IMG/VR virus record: IMGVR_UViG_3300013023_000001
Span: 1 to 64,000 of that record
Reading direction: 5' to 3' (one strand)
Length of the DNA: 64,000 nucleotides
Source of the DNA: a virus
Below, in pieces: positions 61,894-64,000 of the stretch (positions are counted from its first letter, which is position 1; each line of letters begins with the position of its first letter). The notes below the pieces were generated by a model. It did not search any database and was not told where the DNA came from. It saw only the letters and a list, made by a program, of their open reading frames with translations. The translations under genes were made by a program, and so were the position numbers.

Positions 61894-63935
61894 TATTTTT
61901 TACCTTTACAATTTTTACAAACAATCCTGTTTGATTCGGTTAAAACACACTCGTTCAAATCTTTCCAAGGAACATTCGAATGACATTCCTCACAAACCCC
62001 GATTTCATTCCATCTGGCTTTGGTGATGTGCATTTGAACTCCGTTTGCTTTTGGGAGGTATTTTGCGACAGGAAAGTTTCCGCTATTACTAGCGGCTTCC
62101 TCCTGCTTCTCACTTTCTTTTTTATAAAAGTAAGAATAAGTCCCGTAAGCTTTCTGAGTAATTCTTGCTTTGTTAAGATCTTTAAACTCAATCTTATCGC
62201 TGCCGGATTCACGAATCATATTCTTAAATTCGTTACTATTAAAAAGACGACGAGCCTTGTTACCGTTTACAGCGATAAAGTCGCAGTTTTCATAATGACT
62301 GATAGTAGATACATTAGTATCATATTTATTCAGAGACCCTTTTCTACGCATCTCTGAACCACAAGAAGAACATATATCTTGCTCTTTTACAGCGGAAGCT
62401 GTGCTGTCAAGAAACTTCATATCCTTCTCTTTACCGCAATCATTACAAAGGAAGGTGTTAGAAGATTGTTGCTCTTGTTCACGCAACTGACGTTCTTCTT
62501 CCTCAACCCTTTTTAAACACTCAGGATGCCAAAATCCCTGATGGGCGAAAGCTGCTTTAGGTGCATCTTTCCAAGCAATCTGCTTGTCACATCCCATACA
62601 GAAACCGTGTTGATGTTGATGCCAAAACTTATAAGTGATCTCTTTACCACCTATTGTTCTGAAAGAGTCATTTTCATCAACACGTATGTTATCAATCTCT
62701 TCATCAAAAGGGATATCATCATTTAACTCCGTCAAATCAGCATCAAGCTGTGCCAGAGTTTTGTTGTTGATTGCATTCTGTTCAGTTTCAGGGGTTGCTA
62801 AACTAACTGTAGGATACAGGAAGCATCTAACAACACCTTTAATCTGAGAGAAACCTTGAATCGTACCAACAACACTAATACGGAAGTCTCGCTGAGAATC
62901 TTCGTAAAGAGCTTCTTCAACGCCAAAAACATCAACTTCTACATAGTCCATGCCATTGTTGTCCATAAAATAACCGGACATCTTACCCTTAGTGCTATTG
63001 TTATAGCGCTCAAACTTAGTAGGGCACATGGCAATACGATGATCAATACGAACTGAAAGACCTTCCATCAAGGCTATAGCATTTTGCTCAGCCTTAATTT
63101 TATTTCTTCTTTCTTCTTGACTTTGACTTCTGTAGTCGTTTCCTGTGTTTCGGTTCGCCGTACTTTGATATCCACTCTGCCAGCCGTTCGAGTAACGGCT
63201 GGCCCATGTAAAAGTTGGCAAATTATGCTTTATCTCCTCTTTCAAGACAAAGCGTTTAGTTGGGCCACTAACATCAAAAACGTACTCAGTTCCAATCTCA
63301 CACTCAAAGTGTTCAATCTTTCTGTTCTTGATACTCTTGTGACGCATCAGAATCCACATCAGCATATCTTCTTCTGACGCACCGAACCAATCCATACCAG
63401 CTTTAGCCAAATGGAAAGGACGCTCATCATTACGAATAATATGTACAGTATCATCTTTAGCATCGTGCCAAACTAAAGTGAAAGCACCATTCAGTTTTTG
63501 GATGGTTTCAGCAGCACCAATTTTGTCAATTGAATAACAAACATTGTCACTATCAACAACAAAGTTTTTAGAGTCAGGAAGAAGATCCTGATCATACAAG
63601 GTGCCGTTGTGAACCAGTGTAATATTGCCGTGTTGAAATGGATGAGCATTTTTACTGTCACCAGAAGCACCACGAGTTGCATGGCGGTTATGTCCAACTA
63701 AAAACGTTGGGTAAGTATTAACCTTAGTAGCTCCAGTTAACACTTCATCGTACTCTTTACGATGCTGGAAGATATAAGATGGTACGGCTTCTTTAGCCAT
63801 AACAATACCTTCTGGACGTTTAGCAAACACACCAGTGGCATGAACGCCACGGAAAACGTCTGCATAAAGAAGGTGATTAAAAACCTCAACTTCTGTACCA
63901 GTTAAACTACCGCCTGCAAGCACTATTCCACACAT
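61893..63935 (-). CDS. class II (Ntn) glutamine amidotransferase domain fused to a ~480-aa Cys-rich/zinc-ribbon region
   Basis: N-terminal MCGIV (nucleophile Cys2), GHNRHATRG, NAHPF, HNGTL and DSDN are GATase-II motifs. The C-terminal part has CMGC...HPEC, CNDC...CSSC and CEEC...CKNC pairs and no recognisable synthase domain. Confidence 0.7.
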   Translation of the reverse strand: MCGIVLAGGSLTGTEVEVFNHLLYADVFRGVHATGVFAKRPEGIVMAKEAVPSYIFQHRKEYDEVLTGATKVNTYPTFLVGHNRHATRGASGDSKNAHPFQHGNITLVHNGTLYDQDLLPDSKNFVVDSDNVCYSIDKIGAAETIQKLNGAFTLVWHDAKDDTVHIIRNDERPFHLAKAGMDWFGASEEDMLMWILMRHKSIKNRKIEHFECEIGTEYVFDVSGPTKRFVLKEEIKHNLPTFTWASRYSNGWQSGYQSTANRNTGNDYRSQSQEERRNKIKAEQNAIALMEGLSVRIDHRIAMCPTKFERYNNSTKGKMSGYFMDNNGMDYVEVDVFGVEEALYEDSQRDFRISVVGTIQGFSQIKGVVRCFLYPTVSLATPETEQNAINNKTLAQLDADLTELNDDIPFDEEIDNIRVDENDSFRTIGGKEITYKFWHQHQHGFCMGCDKQIAWKDAPKAAFAHQGFWHPECLKRVEEEERQLREQEQQSSNTFLCNDCGKEKDMKFLDSTASAVKEQDICSSCGSEMRRKGSLNKYDTNVSTISHYENCDFIAVNGNKARRLFNSNEFKNMIRESGSDKIEFKDLNKARITQKAYGTYSYFYKKESEKQEEAASNSGNFPVAKYLPKANGVQMHITKARWNEIGVCEECHSNVPWKDLNECVLTESNRIVCKNCKGKK

Positions 63936-64000
63936 TATTAAAAGCCCTCTATTTTACATTTAAATTTTAATTACAAACGACTTACGAAAGTATCTAAACT

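Noticed and set aside
61893-63935. Gat-QueC-type amidotransferase implying 7-deazaguanine DNA modification.
   Set aside because: No QueC PP-loop domain is fused to it. No FolE, QueD, QueE or DpdA-like genes are recognisable anywhere in the window.
1-64000. Searched for a CRISPR array, integrase/repressor (lysogeny module), rRNA and canonical tRNA genes.
   Set aside because: No regularly spaced direct repeats were seen. No tyrosine or serine recombinase or CI-like motifs were seen. No GTTCGAATC-type T-arms with matching stems were seen by eye. A tRNAscan-SE/Infernal run is still advisable because a visual scan of 64 kb is not exhaustive.

Overview
The window holds most of the genome of a tailed dsDNA phage. 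I saw no integrase or repressor, so it is probably virulent. It has two opposed arms. The rightward late arm (about 5.3-36.7 kb) carries an HNH endonuclease, a terS-like gene, terL, portal, scaffold, and a major capsid gene with an Ig-domain extension reachable by a -1 frameshift. It continues with an adaptor-like protein, a multi-gene fibre/receptor-binding cluster that includes a glycosidase-lectin, two small lipoproteins, a GH24 endolysin, a tail protein with Big_2 inserts, an SLT transglycosylase and large internal/ejection proteins. The leftward early/middle arm (63.9 down to 36.8 kb) carries an Ntn-amidotransferase, an ATP-grasp ligase, a GGCT-like enzyme, primase-helicase, a split family-A DNA polymerase, dCTP deaminase, ThyX, thioredoxin, a macrodomain, SSB, overlapped spanins, an ECF-like sigma factor, dNMP kinase, a FEN-type exonuclease, a Dam-type methylase and HNH nucleases. 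Leftward transcription resumes at the left edge of the window (3557 down to 1, ending in a truncated ProQ/FinO-like gene). It starts behind a roughly 3-kb region that is almost ORF-free, G-poor on the + strand, and carries four tandem near-consensus sigma70 promoters. The gene content (own sigma factor, split PolA, ThyX) reminds me of phiEco32-like enterobacterial podophages, but this is recollection, not a search result. All calls come from reading motifs by eye; no database was queried.
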